A stretch of DNA of 64,000 nucleotides from an uncultured delta proteobacterium (GTDB taxonomy: Bacteria; Bdellovibrionota; FAC87; UBA2466): NCBI GenBank assembly GCA_963778115.1, contig CAVZSV010000004.1:1856001-1920000 (forward strand), given 5' to 3'. The notes beneath the pieces are model-generated. The model was not told the origin of the DNA and did no database searches. It saw nothing but the letters and a program-made list of their open reading frames with translations. Position 1 is the stretch's first letter; every line of letters begins with the position of its first letter. Below are positions 27,894 through 37,471 of this stretch, piece after piece. Position numbers and translations under genes: made by a program.

Positions 27894-27953
27894 GACTCAT
27901 AAGTAGACTTGATAAGTAGACTTAATAATTAATTCTCTTCTACACTTCGCCGA

Positions 27954-28184
27954 TTACTTCGTGGGCGGAGCTTCACCTTGTGGAGCTGCGGGGGCAGGTG
28001 CTGGCGCACCAGGAGCAGGTTGACCAGGAGCCGGCGCTACCGCGGGGTTAGCCCCGGGAGCTGCATTTTCTTGAGCTGTAGGCGCCGGAGGCGTTGGTGC
28101 TACCGCAGGCGCTTCTTCTTTTTTGGTACAGGCCACGTAAGCTAAGCCAAAGAGTGCAATGATTAGTAGTTTCTTTAGGTCCAT
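27954..28184 (-). CDS. Small Ala/Pro-rich lipoprotein
   Basis: MDLKKLLIIALFGLAYVA-C lipobox, then TKKEEAPAVAP...; SD GGAG. Confidence 0.85.
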   Translation of the reverse strand: MDLKKLLIIALFGLAYVACTKKEEAPAVAPTPPAPTAQENAAPGANPAVAPAPGQPAPGAPAPAPAAPQGEAPPTK

Positions 28185-28365
28185 GAGTTGTATCTCCATG
28201 CTTGATTAAAATTACCCCCACCTTTTTCGTTGGACACATCCGTTCTGGGGCGATGACAAACGAATTGCGCCAGTATTGAACATTAATAGTGCTTCCATTC
28301 GTAGCGAGTTGCAACAAAAGCTCGCGGAAATACCGCTAGCATCCTTCAATAAGCCTGCCGCGATT

Positions 28366-28381
28366 TGGCATCGTGATTGCA
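28366..28381 (+). promoter_or_regulatory. Putative sigma-54 promoter
   Basis: TGGCATCGTGATTGCA, near consensus TGGCAC-N5-TTGC(A/T), about 45 nt upstream of ATG 28425. Confidence 0.75.
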
Positions 28382-28424
28382 TTTTTTTGGAGAACCAAAG
28401 GCCAACAACGACAGAGGAGTATTC

Positions 28425-28685
28425 ATGCAGGACTGGAAGAAAAGCCCCCTTTCCGATAACGACCGCAAAAGCCGAGTCCGCAGGACTCTTCGGCTAATTA
28501 AAGGGGGAAAAGACCTCTCCCTACCCCAGGTCGACAAAAGTGCATTAGACGAGGATCCCTTTTTGCGCGAGCATTTCCTGGGACGCCGCAAAGCGCAATC
28601 TCAGGTTTCACGAAACCCCTTGGAAAACGGACTACGTTATTTTCTGTTTGGTAGTCTGACGGAGACCCCGCCGGAAGCAGGCTAA
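28425..28685 (+). CDS. Small hypothetical protein (86 aa) with LRLIKGGK motif
   Basis: SD GAGGAG before ATG 28425; sigma-54 motif upstream. Confidence 0.7.
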   Translation: MQDWKKSPLSDNDRKSRVRRTLRLIKGGKDLSLPQVDKSALDEDPFLREHFLGRRKAQSQVSRNPLENGLRYFLFGSLTETPPEAG

Positions 28686-29860
28686 CCTTCGAAGGCGGGA
28701 ATTCCAGTAATCTGATTTCCCAAAACCAAGAGATGGATATCGTTCGTTCCCTCGTAGGTATAGACCGTCTCCAAATTCGCGAGGTGGCGCATGACTCGAT
28801 ACTCATCCATAATGCCGTTAGCGCCCAAAATATCCCGCGCGGTTCTGGCCGTCTGTAATGCCATTTCGACATTCGCCTGTTTTCCCAAACTGACGTGGGT
28901 GTGATGCAGCTGCCCCTGCGCTTTCAGCTGTCCGATTCTAAGAGCGAGTAACTGACCTTTCGTAATCTCACTCGCCATGATGGCAAGTTTTCGCTGAACG
29001 AGTTGAAACCCGGCTAGTGGTTTGCCAAAGACGATGCGTTCTTTGGCAAAAGCCAAGGCTTCATCGAAGCAGCTTTCGGCAGCCCCCAACGCTCCCCACA
29101 AAATGCTGTAGCGGGCTTGATTCAGACACTGCAACGCCGACTTTAAGCCTTCGGATCCGGGTAGCACCGCCTCTTTGGGAAGTTTAACGTGGTCAAAATA
29201 CAGCTCCGAGGTTGCCGAAGCCCTGAGCGAAAGTTTCCCTTTCATTCGAGTCGCACGAAATCCCGGCGTCTTTGTAGGAACTAAGAACCCTCGAATCCCA
29301 TTGGCCGTCTTAGCCCAAACCACAGCGACATCCGCAATGTCCCCATTAGTGATCCACATCTTAGATCCCTGTAGCACCCAATGATCGCCTTTATCTTCAG
29401 CTTTTGTCTTCATCGCCCCCGGATCGGATCCTCCCTCCGACTCCGTAAGGCCGAAACATCCTATGGCGGTACCGGCTCCCAGTTTACTAAGCCATTCCCT
29501 TTTCTGTTCTACCGAACCAAAAGAGGAGATGGGATACATCACCAGCCCCCCTTGAACGGACGAGAAACTTCGCAATCCCGAATCACATCGTTCCAGCTCG
29601 CGCATCATTAACCCATAGCAAATGGGATCCACAGGCGGATTGGCCATCCCCTCGATGGTAGATCCCAATAGTCCCATTGCTCCCATCTTCGGAATGGCCT
29701 CAACTGGAAACTCTTCATTGCGATAAGCGAGCCGAATTTTCGGTTCCATCTCTCGTTGGATGAACTCGCGGACCGTTCTCATGACGAGTCGCTGTTCGTC
29801 AGTCAGGGTTGAATTTAAAAGTAACAGGTCAGGATAGGAAGTGATATGGGGAGCTGACAC
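28682..29860 (-). CDS. Acyl-CoA dehydrogenase, glutaryl-CoA dehydrogenase-like
   Basis: ELERCDSGLRSFSSVQ, GCFGLTE..GGSDP, KMWITNG, LSLRASAT, TYEGTNDIH. Confidence 0.92.
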   Translation of the reverse strand: MSAPHITSYPDLLLLNSTLTDEQRLVMRTVREFIQREMEPKIRLAYRNEEFPVEAIPKMGAMGLLGSTIEGMANPPVDPICYGLMMRELERCDSGLRSFSSVQGGLVMYPISSFGSVEQKREWLSKLGAGTAIGCFGLTESEGGSDPGAMKTKAEDKGDHWVLQGSKMWITNGDIADVAVVWAKTANGIRGFLVPTKTPGFRATRMKGKLSLRASATSELYFDHVKLPKEAVLPGSEGLKSALQCLNQARYSILWGALGAAESCFDEALAFAKERIVFGKPLAGFQLVQRKLAIMASEITKGQLLALRIGQLKAQGQLHHTHVSLGKQANVEMALQTARTARDILGANGIMDEYRVMRHLANLETVYTYEGTNDIHLLVLGNQITGIPAFEG

Positions 29861-29981
29861 GACAATCTCCTAGATAGGGTCCCGTTGACGGGAATGGCAG
29901 AAATGTAATGGGGAGACCACCCGAACGGAAGCCTTTTCTCGAGCTATTGCCACTCCCTATACACGATGGCATTATCGGCCG

Positions 29982-32369
29982 GTGAACTTTGAGTCTTGGT
30001 TTCAATCATCCCATCCCGGCATTCCCCTGCAAGGAGTCATTGCCGTCTTAAAACTTGCCGCGGAAGAAGCGACCGTTCCTTTCATTGCCCGTTATCGAAA
30101 AGAGCAGACCGGTAATCTAGATGAAGTCGCTATCCAAGAAATTTTGGACGCCAAGGGTCAATGGGAAGAGATTATCAAACGACAGGCCTTTATCCTGAGT
30201 GAGATAGAAGCGCAGCAGAAGCTAACCCCGGAACTGAAGGAAAAGATTTCTACTTCCTTCCAGATGGATGTTTTGGAGGATCTCTATCTGCCGTACAAAC
30301 GAAAGCGAAAGAGCAAAGCTTCTCTCGCTAAAGAAGCGGGACTCCAGGGACTTGCCGACTGGATCTGGAACTGTGGCCATGGCACGGAAGTCCCTCAGCC
30401 AGGGCAGACACTGGAACTCTGGGCCTTCACTTTTCGGAACGAAGAGAAGGGATTCAAAGACGCGGAAACTGCCATCTCGGGTGCTCAAGACATTCTGATC
30501 GAGCGGTTATCCGAAAATTTGCAATTGCGACAATTAGTCCGCGATAAAGTTTTTAAGACGGGGTGCCTCGTCAGCCAAAAAGGCGAAGCCGCCAAACCCA
30601 ATAGTAAGTACGAAAAGTATTTCGACTATCGGGAACCCATCGAATCGTTAGCCCAGCCCCAAGCTTCTCACCGTTATCTGGCCATTCGTCGGGGGTGGGC
30701 GGAAAAAGAGCTTCTCATGACCGTCGGAGGAAAGGCTCCCAAAGACACACCCGAAGGAGAAACCTTCGAGGCGGATATGGTTTCGGCGTTCGAAAAAGAG
30801 GCGTGCACGACCCCTGATTCTCCAGGGAGCGCAGTTCTTCAGAAAGCGGCTCGAATAGCACTCAAAGCCCATGTCCTTCCCAGCATCGAAAACGAAGCCC
30901 ACAAAGCCATGAAAGAGGTTGCCGAGAGGGTAGCCGTTCAGGTCTTTGCTGAAAATTTGCGCACCCTTTTGCTTTCTCCCCCCTTCGGCCCTAAAGCGGT
31001 GCTCGGGGTTGACCCTGGAATTCGTACAGGGTGCAAACTAGCTGTGGTGGATGATTCGGGAAAATACATCGGAAGCACCGTTATCAAGTTGCAGACTGAC
31101 GAGGAAAAGACCGCGGCCAAAGCTGGCCTAGCCGAATTACTAAAGACGACTCCGCTTCGCGCCGTCGCGGTCGGCAACGGAACCGCAGGCCGCGAAACGG
31201 AGACCTTCTTTCGGGCGGCCGTCAAAGAGAGCGGCCTTTCGCTTCCCGTCGTCATGGTAAGTGAAGCCGGAGCGAGTGTTTACAGTGCCAGCGAAGCGGC
31301 CCGAGACGAATTTCCGGAATTGGATCTTACTATTCGAGGAGCCATCTCAATCGCTCGCAGACTTCAAGATCCTTTGGCCGAACTTGTGAAAGTGGATCCC
31401 AAAAGCATTGGCGTGGGTCAATACCAGCACGACGTAAATCCCAATTTATTAAAGAAGAGTCTCGAATCCGTTGTCGATTCTTGCGTCAATTCCGTGGGAG
31501 TCAATCTCAATACTGCCTCTTACCACTTACTTGCTCACGTGTCGGGAATAGGACCTGGCCTCGCAAAGACCCTCACCGAGCACCGAAATGAAAAGGGACT
31601 CTTTAAATCACGAGCCGACTTGCTTGCCGTCTCCCGCTTCTCCGGAAAGAGTTTCGAACAGGCGGCAGGATTTTTGCGGATTCCGGATTCCGAAAACCCT
31701 TTGGACAACACCGGAGTTCATCCGGAGAGATATCCATTACTCGAAGGCCTTGCTCAACGCCTCAATAAAAATGTGCGCGATTTGATGGGTTCCGGTGTGG
31801 AGGTGATCAAGGGCGATGCTAGCTTTAAAGAATTGGTCGGACAATTTACTTTCGAAGACATCGTAAAAGAGCTCGAGAAGCCCGGACGCGATCCTAGAGA
31901 AGAGTTTGTCCCCTTTCAGTTTCGTGATGATATTCACGAGATGAAAGACCTCCAATCCGGAATGGTCTGTCCTGGTATTGTCACGAACGTAACTAATTTC
32001 GGTGCTTTCGTGGATATCGGTGTGCACCAAGACGGTCTAGTCCACGTCTCTCAGCTCAGTGAGAAATTTATCCGAGACCCGCGCGAAGCGGTAAAGCCAG
32101 GAGATCGCGTTAAGGTTCGTGTCCTGGAAGTTAATTTGGAGAAAAGCCAAATCTCTTTGTCGATAAGAGCCATTAAAGAAAGAGCGGCGCCGGCACCTCG
32201 GCCTCAGGAACCAGCTCGCGCTCCCAGGCAAAACGCTCCTCGGGGAGGCGGTCGTCCTGAGCAGCGCCCACCACAACGTCCTCAGCCCAGAAGACCGCCT
32301 AAATCAACGTTTAGGAATGATGCTTTTGCAGCACTGGCAGTGTTGAAGTCGGGGAATAAAAACAAATAA
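29982..32369 (+). CDS. tex: Tex family RNA-binding transcriptional accessory protein
   Basis: TVPFIARYRKEQTG, LEDLYLPYK, GVDPGIRTGCK, EAGASVYSAS, DPLAELVK, GVGQYQHD, C-terminal S1 domain. Confidence 0.95.
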   Translation: MNFESWFQSSHPGIPLQGVIAVLKLAAEEATVPFIARYRKEQTGNLDEVAIQEILDAKGQWEEIIKRQAFILSEIEAQQKLTPELKEKISTSFQMDVLEDLYLPYKRKRKSKASLAKEAGLQGLADWIWNCGHGTEVPQPGQTLELWAFTFRNEEKGFKDAETAISGAQDILIERLSENLQLRQLVRDKVFKTGCLVSQKGEAAKPNSKYEKYFDYREPIESLAQPQASHRYLAIRRGWAEKELLMTVGGKAPKDTPEGETFEADMVSAFEKEACTTPDSPGSAVLQKAARIALKAHVLPSIENEAHKAMKEVAERVAVQVFAENLRTLLLSPPFGPKAVLGVDPGIRTGCKLAVVDDSGKYIGSTVIKLQTDEEKTAAKAGLAELLKTTPLRAVAVGNGTAGRETETFFRAAVKESGLSLPVVMVSEAGASVYSASEAARDEFPELDLTIRGAISIARRLQDPLAELVKVDPKSIGVGQYQHDVNPNLLKKSLESVVDSCVNSVGVNLNTASYHLLAHVSGIGPGLAKTLTEHRNEKGLFKSRADLLAVSRFSGKSFEQAAGFLRIPDSENPLDNTGVHPERYPLLEGLAQRLNKNVRDLMGSGVEVIKGDASFKELVGQFTFEDIVKELEKPGRDPREEFVPFQFRDDIHEMKDLQSGMVCPGIVTNVTNFGAFVDIGVHQDGLVHVSQLSEKFIRDPREAVKPGDRVKVRVLEVNLEKSQISLSIRAIKERAAPAPRPQEPARAPRQNAPRGGGRPEQRPPQRPQPRRPPKSTFRNDAFAALAVLKSGNKNK

Positions 32370-32431
32370 GAAAGGACCATAGAGCTAGTAGTCGATCTCT
32401 AGCTCTAGCTCCAGCCCTGGCCTTTTTTTTT

Positions 32432-32800
32432 CTACTGGTTTTCCGACGTAAACGTACACCCGTCCGAAAGACACCCATCGCCGCTTCCGTCGTGGGCGTC
32501 GGAGCACATTTCGATGGCACGGTAGGAGGCCTCTTCGCGAGAAGACATGGGCTCGCTGGCATAGCTGGGAGCAGAGTCTGATTTCGCGTCGTATCGACTG
32601 AAGCAGGTCCACAGAATAGAAGATTCCCCGGCTTGATCATCTAAAAAAGACAACTCGCTAAACGGTTCGGCAACCATGCCGTTGCCGACTTCCGTTCCGT
32701 TGGTGGCTTTGGCTACGGAACTCTGGGCCATCAGAAAAAGAAAAACTCCCAAGATTGCGACGAAAACGAATGAAGAATAAGACGCACGAACGTAACCCAT
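32432..32800 (-). CDS. Small secreted Cys-containing hypothetical protein
   Basis: Signal peptide ending AKA, GTEVGNG segment, four Cys; G-rich SD. Confidence 0.7.
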   Translation of the reverse strand: MGYVRASYSSFVFVAILGVFLFLMAQSSVAKATNGTEVGNGMVAEPFSELSFLDDQAGESSILWTCFSRYDAKSDSAPSYASEPMSSREEASYRAIEMCSDAHDGSGDGCLSDGCTFTSENQ

Positions 32801-32870
32801 GGCAAATACCCCCCAATCGCAAGAATTCCCTTAAATGACTCGGATTAGCAATGAAAAACTTTCACGGTTG

Positions 32871-34886
32871 TTAGCCGCGATGCATCATTTCTGAGGGGCT
32901 TTTGGGGCGCCGAACGGCCGTTGTACGCTTGGGCCGGTAGCCGGTATTGGGAGTTCGGCTGGGATTTCGAATAGTATGGACATGGTTGCCCCGAACCTCT
33001 CGATTGGCGCTGGTTCGTCGGGCTATTAAAGCTTCGCGCGGAGGATGGGCCGCAATCAGAGCGTCGCACCCATTACCGATAAGATCGGTGCGTCCTGCTT
33101 GCTCCAGGGCTTTTCGAACTTCAAAATAGTTTTCGGGTTTGAAAAACTGAAGAAGGGCTCGCTGGAGTTTTCTCTCGCCCAAGTGTTTCGCGATGTAGAT
33201 CTCTTTTTTCGAAAAAGGATCGATCCCTGTGTAGTACATGCAAGTCGCGATGTCGAAAGGGGCCGGAATAAAATCTTGAACCTGATCGGGCCGGTAGCCA
33301 TTTCTCTTCAGAAACAGAGCCAATTCGATCATCGAATTCAGATCCGATCCCGGATGTGACGAAATAAAATACGGAACTAGATATTGTTTCGGCTTTCCGC
33401 CCTTTTTCGAAGCTTTCTTGAAATCCTCGGCGAAGGATTCAAAATTTTCGATGGAAGGTTTTTTCATCTGCTTGAGAACGGCGGGATCGCTATGCTCCGG
33501 CGCTACTTTGAGATGCCCTCCAATGTGGTGCTCTGCCATCTCATCCATGTACTCTGGCGACAATTGGGCCAAATCCATTCGGATGCCACTTGCCACCAAA
33601 ACTTTGCGGATACCCGGTTGCGTACGCGCCTCTTTGAGTAAAGAGACCAACGGGCCGTGATCAGTGCCCAACAGTTTGCACATCGTCGGATGAACGCACG
33701 ACAGTCTCGTGCACTTAGCCTCGACATCAGGGCGAGTACAGCGCATTTGGTACATGTTGGCGGTAGGGCCACCGACGTCACTGACGATCCCTTTGAACTG
33801 GGGATCTTTCGCCATCACGTTTAGCTCTTTGAGAATGGATTCTTGCGATCGAGATTGGATGATCCTTCCCTGATGAGCGGTTATCGAACAGAAAGTACAC
33901 CCGCCGAAACAGCCGCGCATTATAGTGACCGAGTCTTTAATCATTTCGAACGCTGGAATTTTTTCCGAGTAAGAAGGATGAGGTTTTCGCGAATAGGGCA
34001 AATCATAAATGTAATCCATCTCGCCTTCTGAAATGGGAAGATCGGGAGGGTTTGCGACCACAGGACGGTCGGCGTGGTACTGAACTAAAGTTTTCGCGTT
34101 AAAGGGATTCGTATTGATATGGATGACTCGAGTCGCCTCCACGAAAGCCATTTTATCGCTACTTACCGCTTCAAAACTGGGAAGGACCGCAACTCCGGTT
34201 CCAAACCGATCTTGAGTGGATTGAGAAACTTCACTGGCTCCCAAGGCAAAAGCCACTCCGCGAAGGCTACGCAACTCTTTCACGGTCTGGCCGCTTGCAA
34301 GTCGCCTTGCGATTTCAAGAATGAGCTTTTCTCCCATCCCATGAACTAAGAGATCCGCTTTCGCATCGAGGAGAATCGACTTTCGGACGGTATCGCTCCA
34401 ATAATCGTAATGGGCCAGTCGCCGTAGTGAAGCTTCCACACCACCGGCGATCACAGGGACCGCGGGATAAGCTTCTCGCGCGCGCTGGCAATAAGGGAGC
34501 GTTGCCCTGTCGGGGCGTAGCCCGATACGACCGCCGGGAGAATAAGCGTCGTCATTTCTCACCTTTTTGTTGGCGGTATAGTGATTGATGAGCGAATCCA
34601 TGTTTCCAGCACTGATGGCAAAAAAGAGGCGCGGCTTTCCAAACCTCTTCCAGTCAGTACAGCTCCGCCAGTCCGGTTGGCTTAGCATCGCTACTTTAAA
34701 GCCATTCGCTTCAAGAACACGACCTAAGATCGCCATGGCAAAGCTAGGGTGGTCGACGTAGGCATCGCCGGTCACAAATACCACGTCGACTTCGCTCCAA
34801 CCTCGGCCGGCCATCTCTTCCACGGTCATCGGTAGCGGAAGCTGGCTGGTAAGCTGTTTGGCCTGATTTTGGGGATCCAAAAACAT
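32871..34886 (-). CDS. ygiQ: YgiQ/UPF0313 family radical SAM protein
   Basis: VTGDAYVDHPSF, GGVEASLRRLAHYDYWS, RGCFGGCTFC (CX3CX2C), GGPTANMY, LKVAPEH, QVQDFIP. Confidence 0.93.
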   Translation of the reverse strand: MFLDPQNQAKQLTSQLPLPMTVEEMAGRGWSEVDVVFVTGDAYVDHPSFAMAILGRVLEANGFKVAMLSQPDWRSCTDWKRFGKPRLFFAISAGNMDSLINHYTANKKVRNDDAYSPGGRIGLRPDRATLPYCQRAREAYPAVPVIAGGVEASLRRLAHYDYWSDTVRKSILLDAKADLLVHGMGEKLILEIARRLASGQTVKELRSLRGVAFALGASEVSQSTQDRFGTGVAVLPSFEAVSSDKMAFVEATRVIHINTNPFNAKTLVQYHADRPVVANPPDLPISEGEMDYIYDLPYSRKPHPSYSEKIPAFEMIKDSVTIMRGCFGGCTFCSITAHQGRIIQSRSQESILKELNVMAKDPQFKGIVSDVGGPTANMYQMRCTRPDVEAKCTRLSCVHPTMCKLLGTDHGPLVSLLKEARTQPGIRKVLVASGIRMDLAQLSPEYMDEMAEHHIGGHLKVAPEHSDPAVLKQMKKPSIENFESFAEDFKKASKKGGKPKQYLVPYFISSHPGSDLNSMIELALFLKRNGYRPDQVQDFIPAPFDIATCMYYTGIDPFSKKEIYIAKHLGERKLQRALLQFFKPENYFEVRKALEQAGRTDLIGNGCDALIAAHPPREALIARRTSANREVRGNHVHTIRNPSRTPNTGYRPKRTTAVRRPKSPSEMMHRG

Positions 34887-35023
34887 AGGTAGGTCGTTAA
34901 CATTTTTAAAGAATGAAAGATAGGGGGATGGACAAAACAGGCCTGTTCTCCCTTTGAGGCCACGCTTCTAAGATCTCACTTTCTTTGATACATTAGGCTC
35001 GAAATTTTAAAAGGAAGGTAACG

Positions 35024-35626
35024 ATGAAATTGATTCAAAAAAGCACTCTCTTGGTATTGATGGCGGTGGCCTCGGTCTCTTACGGCGAAGGTCAGAAATG
35101 CAGTTTTCAACTCAATAAGGACTCCGGCAAGGTCGGATGGACGGCTTTCAAAACCTCTGAAAAGGTGGGGGTGAAAGGAACTTTCAAAAAAGTGACTCTC
35201 GAAGCAAAGCCAGAAGCGGATAGCCTTTCTAAGGCTTTAGACGGAACAGAAGTTAGCGTCGATAAACTTTCGGTGGATACCACCAATCCTGCGCGCGACA
35301 CTACCTTGACCGATTTCTTTTTCAAAAAGCTTCATAAATCGATCTCCGCCAAAGTAAAAAGTGTCTCGGAGAAGGATTCGACCCTTGTGGTTTCGCTTGA
35401 TCTCAATGGCCACAAAAAAGACGTCACCTTGCACTACGATCTCAAAGACGACGGAACATTCTCAGCGGCCGGCAACATCGATATTTTGGGTTTCGGCGCC
35501 AAAGCCGCGCTGGCGTCACTGCACCAACAGTGTTCGGCTCTGCATACGGGCAAAGACGGCGTTTCCAAAACGTGGCCCGACGTCGACGTTAATTTCAACG
35601 CAACGGTTACTAAAACTTGTAAGTAA
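35024..35626 (+). CDS. YceI family secreted protein
   Basis: Signal peptide; VGWTAFKT..KVGVKGTF, SVDTTNPARD, LH..C..LHTGKDGVSKTWPDV. Confidence 0.85.
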   Translation: MKLIQKSTLLVLMAVASVSYGEGQKCSFQLNKDSGKVGWTAFKTSEKVGVKGTFKKVTLEAKPEADSLSKALDGTEVSVDKLSVDTTNPARDTTLTDFFFKKLHKSISAKVKSVSEKDSTLVVSLDLNGHKKDVTLHYDLKDDGTFSAAGNIDILGFGAKAALASLHQQCSALHTGKDGVSKTWPDVDVNFNATVTKTCK

Positions 35627-35630
35627 ACCT

Positions 35631-35766
35631 AAAAGGTGCCCGTCGACTTTCGGGACCATCAGCTGCGGACTTAGGCTAAAGCTGTCACGTCCTGGCGGCA
35701 CGATTTATCCTACGGCCATAGGTCCGTAAGATCTCCTAGGGTCCTGAAAGTCGACGGGCACCTTTT
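35631..35766. mobile_element. 136-bp REPIN/MITE-like element with 27-bp terminal inverted repeats
   Basis: AAAAGGTGCCCGTCGACTTTCGGGACC (35631-35657) matches the reverse complement of 35740-35766 at 26/27; inner stem GCGGACTTA/TAGGTCCGT; mobility is inferred. Confidence 0.65.
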
Positions 35767-36623
35767 GAAGCGTCGGTATAGGCCTTTCGGATTTTCGATT
35801 GGCCGTAGCGCTCTTCCAATTGCTTAATGCCGAAATGAAACTTCGCCGCTTGATTAAAGTGGTGGGTAAAAGCGGCATTGATCAGGGCACCGCCCGCGGC
35901 ACCGATGATGGGAATGCTTTCTGAAATCACTTTTTCGGAAACCGTAATTTCAAATTGCGCGGCAATCCGAGACATTAGCCGAATGAGAACCGGCACGCTG
36001 CCCTTTTCGATCATTTCAAACGCTTCGCGTGCCGAATGTTTGGCGATGAAAGCCGCCGCTTCCGATACTAACTTTCCTAGCCCCAACCGAGACGCGTAGT
36101 AGGAAGTTTCCGCAGCGTCATGAGGAGCGTTAGCGCTTAACGTAAAAACGTACAAGCACTCCAGCTGGGTCTTCGGAGAACTTAGGTCAGCGCCAAATGA
36201 TTGAGCAGTACTCGCAATCGATCGCAACATAAGGGCCGTGCTAATCGGGAGTTCAATCGCTAAAGAAGGAAGGCCAAAAAGACCTCCGAAAGTACCGGTC
36301 ACCATCGCTCCCAACTCATGCCAGCGACTATTCATCGCTACTTTGTGTTCGGCACTCGCAAAAATAGCTTTTCCCTGCCCCGCCTCCTGCGGGATGGTGA
36401 AGAGAGCCACTTTAAGCGCTTTTTTGAGCGCTTCATGAGTAGCGGTTTGGATGGCGCGTCGCGCTTTATCGGGCAATCTATCTTGAAGTAACTCAATAGG
36501 ATGGCCCAGCATATTGGCCGCTCGGATGAAAGCCCCCGGGGTTTCTAGAAAATGGGCCCCTTCCCTGAGGAATTGACGCTCAAAAGCGGTTATTTCTGTC
36601 GGCGCGTTGGGATCGTGGCTCAT
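35736..36623 (-). CDS. EcsC family protein
   Basis: GGLFGLPSLAIELPISTALMLRSIA, LECLYVF, YYASR, IPIIGAAGGALIN..F..HF. Confidence 0.88.
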   Translation of the reverse strand: MSHDPNAPTEITAFERQFLREGAHFLETPGAFIRAANMLGHPIELLQDRLPDKARRAIQTATHEALKKALKVALFTIPQEAGQGKAIFASAEHKVAMNSRWHELGAMVTGTFGGLFGLPSLAIELPISTALMLRSIASTAQSFGADLSSPKTQLECLYVFTLSANAPHDAAETSYYASRLGLGKLVSEAAAFIAKHSAREAFEMIEKGSVPVLIRLMSRIAAQFEITVSEKVISESIPIIGAAGGALINAAFTHHFNQAAKFHFGIKQLEERYGQSKIRKAYTDASKGARRLSGP

Positions 36624-36715
36624 GGCATGCTCCCTCTTCTTGATACGACAATCAAATAGGCAACTGGCCCGCCCCTCATTATAATGGGGAAACGAGAAGG
36701 GAAGACGAAAACCTT

Positions 36716-37471
36716 ATGCCTTCAGCAAAATCAGATAACGTATTCTTGTATGACCTAACCAATATCCGCAAAGACTACTCCGTGGGACAAGTCGTCGTCA
36801 CGGCACTTACCGACGTGCACTTAAGGCTGAACCATGGCGAGTTTGTAGCTCTGCAAGGGCCTTCGGGAAGCGGGAAATCAACTTTACTTAACGTGCTGGG
36901 ACTTTTGGAAGTCCCTTCCGACGGTACTCTGGACTTTTTAGGAACCCGACTTACTGGCTATTCGGATTTTGCTCTAACCGGAATTCGGCGGCACTCCATC
37001 GGTTTTATTTTTCAGAATTTCAATCTGGTCTCTACCCTAACGTCGCTCGAAAATGTGGAATACCCGCTTTATCTCGAGGGGGGGGCTAACCGTAAGACGA
37101 TTCGCGATAGAGCGCGAGAGGCAATGAAATCGGTAGGGCTCGAAAAATTTGGAGAACACAAGCCTAGGCAATTAAGCGGCGGCCAAAGACAACGAGTGGC
37201 TATCGCCAGAGCTCTGGTTAAACAACCCAAAGTTATTCTAGCCGACGAGCCTACCGCCAATCTGGACTCCAAGAACGCTTCTCAAATTGTCGATCTGATG
37301 CACGAGCTAAAACAGAAATTTCAAACGTCGGTAATCATTGCCACTCACGACGCTAAGATTGCTAACGGGGCGGATAAGAGAATTCAGTTAATCGATGGTA
37401 AGATCGAAAGCGTTTCGGATTCCCGCCCAACGGAAATTACACGTTCCGCCCCAATGCCTCGACGATATTAA
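36716..37471 (+). CDS. ABC transporter ATP-binding protein (LolD/MacB-like)
   Basis: [50 protein letters not shown]. Confidence 0.93.
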   Translation: MPSAKSDNVFLYDLTNIRKDYSVGQVVVTALTDVHLRLNHGEFVALQGPSGSGKSTLLNVLGLLEVPSDGTLDFLGTRLTGYSDFALTGIRRHSIGFIFQNFNLVSTLTSLENVEYPLYLEGGANRKTIRDRAREAMKSVGLEKFGEHKPRQLSGGQRQRVAIARALVKQPKVILADEPTANLDSKNASQIVDLMHELKQKFQTSVIIATHDAKIANGADKRIQLIDGKIESVSDSRPTEITRSAPMPRRY

